Assembly: GCA_028339975.1 (NCBI GenBank)
Contig: JAOLDG010000002.1
Location: 8,302 to 72,301, forward strand
From: Hyphomicrobiales bacterium
Lineage (GTDB): Bacteria; Pseudomonadota; Alphaproteobacteria; MED-G09
Direction of reading: 5' to 3'
Length of the DNA: 64,000 nt
In this document: positions 10,862 to 19,168 of the stretch, piece by piece
Position numbering within the stretch: the first letter of the stretch is position 1
Layout: each line of letters opens with the position of its first letter
Made by a program: the position numbers and the translations under genes
The notes under the pieces: model-generated
What the model was told of the DNA's origin: nothing
Database searches by the model: none
What the model saw: the letters and a program-made list of their open reading frames with translations, nothing else

Positions 10862-10872
10862 TACGATTCGTA
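10862..10872. promoter_or_regulatory. Palindrome TACGATTCGTA centred on a GANTC site (candidate CcrM/GcrA site upstream of parE)
   Basis: CGATTCG at 10864-10870 matches YGAKTCK, about 70 bp upstream of the parE start. Confidence 0.35.
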
Positions 10873-10882
10873 ATCCTTAATT

Positions 10883-10911
10883 AAAAAAATAGCCCTCATA
10901 AAGGGCTATTT
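10883..10911 (-). terminator. Rho-independent terminator of glnII
   Basis: Stem AAATAGCCCT-cataa-AGGGCTATTT; the A7 run at 10883-10889 gives a U-tract on the minus strand. Confidence 0.85.
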
Positions 10912-10936
10912 ATTAATAAAAATTATTTTATTTAAA

Positions 10937-11911
10937 TTATTTTGTAAGAGTACCAATTATATGATTGATTATTTTATAAGGATCAGCATTTGAGGCTGGT
11001 CTTCTGTCTTCCAGATACCCATTCCAATTATGCTCAACTGTATATATCGGAATACGAATACTTGCACCACGATCACTAACACCATAAGAAAAATCGGTAA
11101 TTTTTTGAGTCTCATGTAACCCAGTTAATCTTTGATCGTTATCTGAGCCGTAATTAGATATTGCGTCATGATGAACTTTACCAAGTTTATCACACATTGA
11201 GGTATACAGTTCTTCAGTTCCATTTTCTCTCATTTCTTTATTAGAGAAGTTACTATGCATACCAGATCCATTCCAGTCACCTGATTGAGGTTTAGGGTGA
11301 ATATTCACTGAAACATCAAAATCTTCAGCAACTTTGTGAAGAAGGTATCTACTCATCCAAAGATCATCGCCAGCCTTAACTCCTTTTCCAAGGCACTGAT
11401 ATTCCCACTGTCCAAGTGCAACCTCAGCATTAGTACCTGTAAGTTCAATGCCTGCCTCTAAGCATGATTCAAGGTGTGCCTCTGAAATATCTCTACCTTT
11501 TACATTTGCAGCACCTACACCACAATAATATTCACCTTGAGGTTTGTTGGGAATTCCATCTTCCCAGCCCAGTATTGTTCCATCTGGGTTTGTAAGAAAA
11601 TATTCTTGTTCGAAGCCAAACCACCATTCGTCAGAAGCAACATTTGCCGCAGCAGCTCTAGTATTTGTTGGGTGAGTTTCATGCTCACCAGTATGAACCT
11701 GACACATTACGAGTTTATCGCCATAGAGAGGGTTGGTATATTCTTGAACAGGCAAAAGCAAACAGTCGGAACTTCCGCCCTCTGCTTGTTGAGTGGATGA
11801 TCCATCAAATGACCAATCTGGTGGCGATGTTTCTCTAGTTACCTTTACTTTACTTCTTAAAAATGGTTCTGGCTTGTATCCGTCTAACCAAACATATTCA
11901 TACTTTATCAT
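10937..11911 (-). CDS. glnII: Glutamine synthetase type II
   Basis: 324 aa; EYVWLDG, WSFDGSST, WFGFEQEY, NAEVALGQWEYQ, DWNGSGMH, RLTGLHET, RGASIRIP, YLEDRRPASNADPY are GSII signatures; far shorter than GSI. Confidence 0.95.
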   Translation of the reverse strand: MIKYEYVWLDGYKPEPFLRSKVKVTRETSPPDWSFDGSSTQQAEGGSSDCLLLPVQEYTNPLYGDKLVMCQVHTGEHETHPTNTRAAAANVASDEWWFGFEQEYFLTNPDGTILGWEDGIPNKPQGEYYCGVGAANVKGRDISEAHLESCLEAGIELTGTNAEVALGQWEYQCLGKGVKAGDDLWMSRYLLHKVAEDFDVSVNIHPKPQSGDWNGSGMHSNFSNKEMRENGTEELYTSMCDKLGKVHHDAISNYGSDNDQRLTGLHETQKITDFSYGVSDRGASIRIPIYTVEHNWNGYLEDRRPASNADPYKIINHIIGTLTK

Positions 11912-12112
11912 TAAGTCTTCTCCTTGTTTAATTTAAAAAGCTATATTTTTTATACTGTTAATACTTGAATAATATTTTGATAAGAAACCATTATTTAAAA
12001 AATTACTAGCCCTTAAATTACTATAAATGAATATTTTTTAATAGAAGTTACACATACTACACATAAGTATTTTACACACTATTATATAAAGACTTTTTAT
12101 TAATAATTTTAC

Positions 12113-12469
<357 letters not shown>

Positions 12470-12492
12470 TTAGTTAAATATTAGTTATTAAA

Positions 12493-12508
12493 AGCAATAA
12501 ACATGCCA
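12493..12508 (-). promoter_or_regulatory. Sigma54 (-24/-12) promoter of glnB
   Basis: Minus strand reads TGGCATGTTTATTGCT, an exact GG-N10-GC spacing, 42 bp upstream of the glnB start. Confidence 0.85.
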
Positions 12509-12619
12509 TTTAGTATTAATTTCAATATTTTATTTTTAAATAATTAATTATATTTTTATTTCTATAAATATAAATTATCAATATACAATATATTTGCTAA
12601 AATTTTATAAGGAAATACT

Positions 12620-14152
12620 ATGATAAACCCAAGAACGCCAGTTTTAGTTGGTTCAGGTCAAGTTACTCAAAAAATTAATAACCCTTCTGAAGCTAAAGAT
12701 CCTATCGATTTAATGCGAGAATCATCATTAATGGCGATTAAAGATACCTCAATTGAAGATTTAAGCGATTATATTGATAGTGTAGTTACTGTAAGGTTTA
12801 TTTTTGATTCAGGCGCCGGGTCTAGACCTCCCTTTAGTATTTATAAAAACCCCCCTAAATCTCTCGCTGATCGTCTCGGAATAAAGGATGCCAAAACTTT
12901 TTATGGACCAACCGGAGGAAATACTCCGCAATATCTATTAAATATTATGGCTGAAAAGATAAGTCAGGGGGAGAGTGATATTGTTCTTTTATCTGGTTCA
13001 GAGTGTTTCTCAACTATGAAAAAAGCTTCAAAACAGGGAATAAAGACTGGTTGGGGTGAAGATTCAGGTGGTAATAGGATTGACTTGGGGTATGAAAAAG
13101 CAGGCGGAACAGACAATGAAATGAAACATGGAATCGCCTTTCCTGTAAATGTGTATCCTCTATTTGAGACGGCAATAAGAGGAAGAATGGGTCACTCTAT
13201 CGAAGAGCATCAAAATTACCTAGGAGAATTATTTACGCCTTTTACAAAAGTTGCAAAAGCTCATCCAAATGCTTGGTTTCCAATTGAAAGATCCGCTAAT
13301 GAAATTTCTACTGTCTCTGAAGTTAATAGATATATTGGCTATCCCTACACAAAATACATGAATGCAATCATGGAGGTTGATCAGGCTTCATCACTAATTA
13401 TGATGACCGAAGAAAAGGCTGATTATTTCTCAATACCGAAAGAAAAAAGAATTTACCTTCACGGATGTGCTGATATTAACGAGGTTTGGAATGTTACTGA
13501 AAGACCAGAGTTACATAGGTCAAAAGCAATAAGGGTGATGGGCGAAAAGGCTTTTAAAATGTCAGGTTGGAATATAGATCAAATTGATTTTTTTGATTTA
13601 TACTCATGCTTTCCGAGCATGGTTGAGTTAGGAAGAGAGGCTCTGGATATTGGAAGAAAAGATCCAAGAAACCTTACCGTGACAGGAGGCCTGCCATATT
13701 TTGGTGGAGCTGGAAATAATTATGTAACTCATTCAATAGCTACATTGATGGATAAGTTAAGAAGTAAACCTGGCTCTAAAGGGCTTTGTACATCAAATGG
13801 CTGGTTTGCAACTAAACACGGAATAGGGCTTTACTCTTCTGAGCCATTTGAGGGCGAATGGAAGAGAGAGGATCCAAAAATTTATCAGCAAGATATTGAT
13901 TTAATGGAAAGACCAGAAGTCGATGAAGAACCTTCTGGTGATGGAAAAATTGAAACATACACTGTTGCAAATGGAAGAAGTGGTCCTGAGATGGGAATAG
14001 TCATTGGAAGACTCAATTCAACTAACGACAGGTTCATTGCTATAACGCACAAAGATAGTGATCTGGATTCTTTAATAAACGAAGAGTGTCTTGAAAGGGA
14101 TTGTAAAGTTAAGCAGGTAGACGGTGGCTTTAGTATAGTTAATTTGAAATAA
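12620..14152 (+). CDS. Thiolase-like protein (TLP1-type acetyl-CoA acetyltransferase with extra C-terminal domain)
   Basis: RTPVLVGSGQ, GGNTPQ, YPYTKYMNA, DLYSCFP, LTVTGGLPYFGGAGNNY, C-terminal IETYTV domain. Confidence 0.8.
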   Translation: MINPRTPVLVGSGQVTQKINNPSEAKDPIDLMRESSLMAIKDTSIEDLSDYIDSVVTVRFIFDSGAGSRPPFSIYKNPPKSLADRLGIKDAKTFYGPTGGNTPQYLLNIMAEKISQGESDIVLLSGSECFSTMKKASKQGIKTGWGEDSGGNRIDLGYEKAGGTDNEMKHGIAFPVNVYPLFETAIRGRMGHSIEEHQNYLGELFTPFTKVAKAHPNAWFPIERSANEISTVSEVNRYIGYPYTKYMNAIMEVDQASSLIMMTEEKADYFSIPKEKRIYLHGCADINEVWNVTERPELHRSKAIRVMGEKAFKMSGWNIDQIDFFDLYSCFPSMVELGREALDIGRKDPRNLTVTGGLPYFGGAGNNYVTHSIATLMDKLRSKPGSKGLCTSNGWFATKHGIGLYSSEPFEGEWKREDPKIYQQDIDLMERPEVDEEPSGDGKIETYTVANGRSGPEMGIVIGRLNSTNDRFIAITHKDSDLDSLINEECLERDCKVKQVDGGFSIVNLK

Positions 14153-14730
14153 TGGTTAATATTTTTTTAATTCGTCACGGCAAAGCATCTTCTGGATGGA
14201 ATTCTTTAGACCCTAGCCTTGATAGCGAAGGTGAGAGGCAATCAAGAGAGGTATCCAAAAAGCTTTTAAATTATTCATCAAAGGATTTTGATATTTTTTC
14301 AAGTCCAATGATGAGGTGCAGGCAAACTTCAGAACCTTTTTGTAAAAAAACTAAAAAAGAAATAATCGTCGATAGAAAGGTTTCTGAAATTCCTTCACCA
14401 ATAAATGATTTAGACAAAAGAGTTGTTTGGCTAAGAAGGGTCTTACCTTTAAATTGGGAAGACCTTATGAAGGATAAAGATTCAGATGCCTCAGGTATAG
14501 ACTATCGAATATGGAGATCAGATATAATTGAATTTTTGAAAGGACTTAAAAATGATGCATTTATTTTTACTCATTTTGTTGTAATTAATTCTGTTGTAAG
14601 TTTCTTAAAAAAAAGAGATGAAGTTGTTTCTTTTAATCCAGATAATACCTCTGTTACACATTTAAAATATGACGGAAAATTATTAAAAATTATTTCACTT
14701 GGAGCTGAGTCTGTTACAAAAATTAACTAA
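14152..14730 (+). CDS. Histidine phosphatase (phosphoglycerate mutase family)
   Basis: LIRHG, SSPMMRCRQT, FTH; TAATG overlap with upstream gene. Confidence 0.85.
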   Translation: MVNIFLIRHGKASSGWNSLDPSLDSEGERQSREVSKKLLNYSSKDFDIFSSPMMRCRQTSEPFCKKTKKEIIVDRKVSEIPSPINDLDKRVVWLRRVLPLNWEDLMKDKDSDASGIDYRIWRSDIIEFLKGLKNDAFIFTHFVVINSVVSFLKKRDEVVSFNPDNTSVTHLKYDGKLLKIISLGAESVTKIN

Positions 14731-14787
14731 ATTTATACATACAGATGATTGCTCAAGACCATGAATCAATAAAACTTGGAGAAGTTT

Positions 14788-15297
14788 ATGGAAAATTTTA
14801 AAATTACAAGTCTTAGTGAGAGAGATATTGAAGGAATTAACAAGCTTTATAATAAATATATTAATGAAACTGCTTTTACTTTTGACATCAAAGAAAAGAC
14901 CTATGACGAAAAGAAAGAATGGTCCAAAACTTTTAAAGAGAATAGCCCTTATCAGTGTTTAGTTGCCTACGATAACAACAATCTAGTTGGTTTTGTTAGC
15001 TCTAGACCTTTTAGAGAGAAAGAGGCTTATTTTTCATCAGTTGAAACCAGTATTTATATAGATAGGGATTATATTGGAAATGGGTACGGTAAGAATTTAT
15101 TAAAAGAGCTTTTTAATAGAATTTCTAGTTTTGGAGTTTTAAAGGCATATGCCTTTATTACCAAACCAAACGATATGTCTGAAAAGTTGCATATTTCCAT
15201 AGGGTTTAATCATATTGGCACTTTAAATAAGGTGGGCAAAAAATTTGGGAAATACTGGGATGTTGGACTTTTTGAACTATCACTTCCAATTAAATGA
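14788..15297 (+). CDS. GNAT N-acetyltransferase, Pat/YncA (phosphinothricin/methionine sulfoximine) type
   Basis: TAFTFD, FREKEAY, VETSIYI, GNGYGKNLL, SEKLH..IGF, VGKKFGKYWDV; GGAG RBS before ATG 14788. Confidence 0.8.
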   Translation: MENFKITSLSERDIEGINKLYNKYINETAFTFDIKEKTYDEKKEWSKTFKENSPYQCLVAYDNNNLVGFVSSRPFREKEAYFSSVETSIYIDRDYIGNGYGKNLLKELFNRISSFGVLKAYAFITKPNDMSEKLHISIGFNHIGTLNKVGKKFGKYWDVGLFELSLPIK

Positions 15298-15349
15298 TTA
15301 TTACTCTAGATATTCTCTAAATCTACTGTTAAAAACCGATAGTATTTTC

Positions 15350-15434
15350 GCGGGCGTGGTGGAATTGGTAGACACGCAGGTTTTAGGTACCTGTGCCGCA
15401 AGGCGTGGGGGTTCAACTCCCTCCGCCCGCACCA
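15350..15434 (+). tRNA. tRNA-Leu(TAG)
   Basis: GCGGGCG acceptor stem ending CGCCCGC-A-CCA, anticodon arm CAGGT-TTTAGGT-ACCTG, long variable arm GCC-GCAA-GGC, GGTTCAACTCC T-arm. Confidence 0.97.
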
Positions 15435-15455
15435 ATAATTGTATGAGAGCAAAAA

Positions 15456-16946
15456 ATGGAAGTTAAAGAACTAAAAGCAAAAGGATTAAAAAGAGAGTTT
15501 TCAATAACTATAAAATCTGAGGTTATTAAAAATTTAAAAGCAAAAAAACTTGAAGAAATTGCCTCTAAAGCAAAAATTGACGGCTTTCGTCCAGGAAAGG
15601 TTCCTTCTGCACATATCGAAAAGCTATATGGTCAGAGTGTGATCGTTGAAGTTATTGAAGAAAATGTCTCTAAGGCATCTCAAGATGTTTTGGAGGAAAG
15701 AAATCTCAAAGCTGCAGTTAAGCCAGATGTAAAGTTAGACTCTGAAATGACTGATGTTATTGAAAAGGGAAAGGATCTTTCCTTTACAATGAATTGCGAG
15801 GTTCTACCTGAAATTGAAATTACTGATTTTAGTAAAATTACACTTGATAATCCAGTTTCTGAACCACAAGAAAAAGATATTAATGATGCTCTTGAATACC
15901 TAGCAAAACAAAATAAAGTTTATAATGGTGCCTCTGATTCTACTAAAGCGAAAGATGGCGATCAAGTTACAATGAATTATTTAGGTAAAATTGACGGTGT
16001 TGCCTTTGATGGAGGAGCTGCAAACGATGCAAATTTAATTTTGGGATCAAAGAGCTTTATTGATAATTTTGAAGAGCAATTAATTGGTTTAAAAAAAGGT
16101 GATAAAAAGGTTGTGAATGTTAAGTTCCCCGAAAATTACCAAAGTTCTGATTTAGCGAATAAAGAAGCATCATTTGATGTAAAAATAAAGTTAGTCTCAA
16201 ACCCTAAAGAATCAAAGATTAATGATGATTTAGCTAAAAGTCTTGGTATGGAAGATTTAAAGAAATTAAAAGATAGCCTTAAGGATAGAATTAAACAAGA
16301 TTTTGATTCTGCTTCTAGAAATAAGCTCAAGGATAGTCTTCTTGAGGCTTTAGAAAAAAAACATAGTTTTGAGCTTCCTGAGAGTATGGTTAACCAAGAA
16401 TTTGATCAAATGTGGCGCCAACTTGAACAGCAACTTGAGAGTCAAAAAAAGGAATTAAAGGATCTCGAGATAAGCGAAAAAGAAATAAAGAAAAATTATA
16501 AAGAGATATCAGAAAAAAGAGTTTGCACAGGCCTATTAATTGCAGAAATCGGACAGGTAAATAATATCCAGCTTGAGGATAATGATATTAATAAAGCCCT
16601 TCAAATGGAAATGCAAAAATATCCCGGTCAAGAAAAAGAAATATTAGATTATTATCAAAAAAATAATGATGCGATAAGACAGCTTTCGGCACCTTTATTT
16701 GAAGACAAAGTGATTGATTTTGTTCTTGAAAAGGTAAAGCTGAAAGATGTAAAGGTTTCAAGAGAAGATTTATTTGATGCAGGAGCAAAAGCCAAACCTA
16801 ATACAAAAGCCAAACCTAAGGCAAAAGCCAAACCTAAGGCAAAAGCCAAAGCCAAAGCCAAACCTAAAGCAAAAGCCAAACCTATAGCAAAGTCAAAAGA
16901 TACAAAAAAATCTATAGAAAAAAGCAAAGGTTCAAAGGGTAAATAA
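15456..16946 (+). CDS. tig: Trigger factor with Lys/Ala-rich C-terminal tail
   Basis: IDGFRPGKVP ribosome-binding loop, FKBP domain (FDGG, FEEQLIG, VKFPENY). Confidence 0.97.
   Translation: MEVKELKAKGLKREFSITIKSEVIKNLKAKKLEEIASKAKIDGFRPGKVPSAHIEKLYGQSVIVEVIEENVSKASQDVLEERNLKAAVKPDVKLDSEMTDVIEKGKDLSFTMNCEVLPEIEITDFSKITLDNPVSEPQEKDINDALEYLAKQNKVYNGASDSTKAKDGDQVTMNYLGKIDGVAFDGGAANDANLILGSKSFIDNFEEQLIGLKKGDKKVVNVKFPENYQSSDLANKEASFDVKIKLVSNPKESKINDDLAKSLGMEDLKKLKDSLKDRIKQDFDSASRNKLKDSLLEALEKKHSFELPESMVNQEFDQMWRQLEQQLESQKKELKDLEISEKEIKKNYKEISEKRVCTGLLIAEIGQVNNIQLEDNDINKALQMEMQKYPGQEKEILDYYQKNNDAIRQLSAPLFEDKVIDFVLEKVKLKDVKVSREDLFDAGAKAKPNTKAKPKAKAKPKAKAKAKAKPKAKAKPIAKSKDTKKSIEKSKGSKGK
16785..16892 (+). 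repeat. 18-bp tandem repeat (GCAAAAGCCAAACCTAAG-like) encoding AKAKPK
   Basis: Five units plus a partial; one unit internally expanded by two AAAGCC hexamers. Confidence 0.9.
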
Positions 16947-17063
16947 TTAATTAAATCATTTAAATTATGATATTTTGTTATTTAATTGTTTTAAATTATT
17001 GTACTGAGCAATTGTCTAAAAATTATTCTTTTCTAGGAAAAAAGATTTTTTAAAGTTTTAACT

Positions 17064-17090
17064 TTGCATATTAATAGAATTATCCCATAT
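17064..17090 (+). promoter_or_regulatory. RpoH (sigma32)-type promoter of clpP
   Basis: TTG(17064)-N18-CCATAT(17085-17090); same geometry as upstream of lon. Confidence 0.7.
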
Positions 17091-17116
17091 ATATTAATAT
17101 GACCAAGGAAATTAGC

Positions 17117-17752
17117 ATGAATGATAATAATAGGCCTACCGGAAATCTCATTCCAATGGTTGTTGAGCAATCAAATAGGGGTGAAAGAGCTTATGATATA
17201 TATTCTCGCCTTTTAAAGGAAAGAATTATATTTGTTACTGGTCCAGTTGAAGATTATATGGCCAGTGTTATTATTGCTCAATTATTATTTCTTGAAGCTG
17301 AAAATCCAAAGAAAGAAATATCCATGTATATAAATTCACCTGGTGGAGTTGTTTCCTCAGGTTTGGCTATTTATGATACCATGCAATATATAAAGCCAGA
17401 GGTCTCTACGCTTTGCATTGGCCAAGCTGCATCTATGGGAAGTCTTCTTCTTGCAGCAGGGGCGCCTAATAAAAGATTTTCCTTGCCAAACTCTAGAGTA
17501 ATGGTTCACCAGCCTTCTGGAGGGTTTCAAGGTCAGGCATCTGATATTGAAAGGCACGCACAAGAAATTTTATCTTTAAGATCAAGATTAAATGATATTT
17601 ATGTCAAGCATACCGGTCAGAATCTAAAATCAATTGAAAAAGCTTTAGATAGAGATACTTTTATGACCGCTAGCGACTCTAAAGAATTTGGTATAATAGA
17701 TAAAGTTGTTGATAGTAGAGAGCTATCGTCTGACGAAAAAGAGAAAAGTTAA
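17117..17752 (+). CDS. clpP: ATP-dependent Clp protease proteolytic subunit
   Basis: [38 protein letters not shown] favours ATG 17117 over 17099. Confidence 0.97.
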   Translation: MNDNNRPTGNLIPMVVEQSNRGERAYDIYSRLLKERIIFVTGPVEDYMASVIIAQLLFLEAENPKKEISMYINSPGGVVSSGLAIYDTMQYIKPEVSTLCIGQAASMGSLLLAAGAPNKRFSLPNSRVMVHQPSGGFQGQASDIERHAQEILSLRSRLNDIYVKHTGQNLKSIEKALDRDTFMTASDSKEFGIIDKVVDSRELSSDEKEKS

Positions 17753-17778
17753 ATAAAAACTAATTAAGGTATTTATAA

Positions 17779-19050
17779 ATGAGTAAAATAAGTGACAGCG
17801 GAGATTCAAAAAATACACTATTTTGTAGTTTCTGTGGAAAAAGCCAACACGAAGTTAAAAAGCTTATAGCTGGACCAACCGTTTTTATATGTGACGAGTG
17901 TGTTGAGCTGTGTATGGATATAATTCAGGAAGAAGCAAAGAACTATGATGAAAAATCTGTAGGAAGTGTTCCGCCCCCTGAAGAAATTTATAATGTTTTA
18001 GATGATTATGTTATAGGGCAGCTTCGAGCAAAGAAAGTTTTATCAGTAGCGGTTCATAATCATTATAAGAGGCTCGAATGTGAAACTAAAAAAGATGATG
18101 TTGAGCTGGCGAAATCAAATATTCTATTACTTGGTCCAACAGGATGTGGAAAAACACTTTTAGCTCAAACATTAGCTAGAATTCTTGATGTACCTTTTAC
18201 AATGGCTGACGCAACTACGCTCACTGAAGCTGGGTATGTTGGCGAAGATGTAGAAAATATAATTTTAAAACTTTTACAGGCAGCTGATTATAATGTTGAG
18301 CGAGCTCAAAGAGGTATTGTCTATATCGATGAGGTTGATAAAATTACAAGGAAATCTGATAATCCATCTATTACTAGAGATGTTTCAGGTGAAGGAGTTC
18401 AACAAGCATTATTAAAAATAATGGAAGGTACTGTTGCGTCAGTTCCACCTCAAGGAGGAAGGAAACATCCCCAACAAGAGTTTTTGCAAGTTGATACTAC
18501 CAATATACTATTTATTTGTGGTGGGGCTTTTGATGGAATTCAGAATATCATTTCTGAGAGAGGATCTAAACGTTCTGTAGGATTTGGAGCAGAAGTTAAG
18601 GAAAAGGACGATAGAAGGACTGGAGAAATTTTAAAAGATCTTCAACCTAAGGATCTTCTAAGATTTGGTCTTATTCCTGAATTTATAGGAAGATTACCAG
18701 TTTGCGCCTCACTTGAAGACTTAGATGAGGATTCTCTTATTAGGATACTTACTGAACCTAAAAATGCAGTTGTTAAGCAGTATAAGAAATTATTTGATAT
18801 GGAGGATGTTAAATTAAAATTTTCTGATGATGCTCTATTGGCGATTGCTAAAAAGACTATGTCATACTCAACTGGAGCTAGAGGGCTTAGGTCGGTTATT
18901 GAAAATATTTTACTTGATACTATGTTCGAGATACCTGGTAAACCCGATGTATCAGAAGTAGTTATTTCCGGTGAAGTTGTTGAAGGTAAATCTTCTCCTC
19001 TGTATATTTATGCAGAAGAAGATAAGAAAAAAGAAAAAAAAGCTCTTTAA
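17779..19050 (+). CDS. clpX: ATP-dependent Clp protease ATPase subunit ClpX
   Basis: CSFCGK...CDEC zinc finger, [26 protein letters not shown]. Confidence 0.98.
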   Translation: MSKISDSGDSKNTLFCSFCGKSQHEVKKLIAGPTVFICDECVELCMDIIQEEAKNYDEKSVGSVPPPEEIYNVLDDYVIGQLRAKKVLSVAVHNHYKRLECETKKDDVELAKSNILLLGPTGCGKTLLAQTLARILDVPFTMADATTLTEAGYVGEDVENIILKLLQAADYNVERAQRGIVYIDEVDKITRKSDNPSITRDVSGEGVQQALLKIMEGTVASVPPQGGRKHPQQEFLQVDTTNILFICGGAFDGIQNIISERGSKRSVGFGAEVKEKDDRRTGEILKDLQPKDLLRFGLIPEFIGRLPVCASLEDLDEDSLIRILTEPKNAVVKQYKKLFDMEDVKLKFSDDALLAIAKKTMSYSTGARGLRSVIENILLDTMFEIPGKPDVSEVVISGEVVEGKSSPLYIYAEEDKKKEKKAL

Positions 19051-19073
19051 TTTAATTTTCTAACATTATCCCT

Positions 19074-19101
19074 CTTGATACTTACTAATTTAGGTCCATA
19101 T
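19074..19101 (+). promoter_or_regulatory. RpoH (sigma32)-type promoter of lon
   Basis: CTTGAT (TTG at 19075)-N18-CCATAT(19096-19101). Confidence 0.75.
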
Positions 19102-19168
19102 AATATATATGCGTAAGATTCTTTTTTGTAAAAGTATCTAAATCTTAATATAGTTATATGGACAAATC

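Noticed and set aside
12540..12619. Possible NtrC enhancer (TGCTAAAATTTTATAAG) upstream of glnB
   Set aside because: Too weak a match to TGCAC-N7-GTGCA in very AT-rich DNA
15245..15466. 73-aa ORF between the GNAT gene and tig
   Set aside because: Runs through the tRNA-Leu gene; spurious
16655..16927. Hydrophobic 90-aa antisense ORF (LAFALG repeats) resembling a membrane peptide or toxin
   Set aside because: It is the reverse complement of the tig AKAKPK repeat, with no RBS or independent evidence
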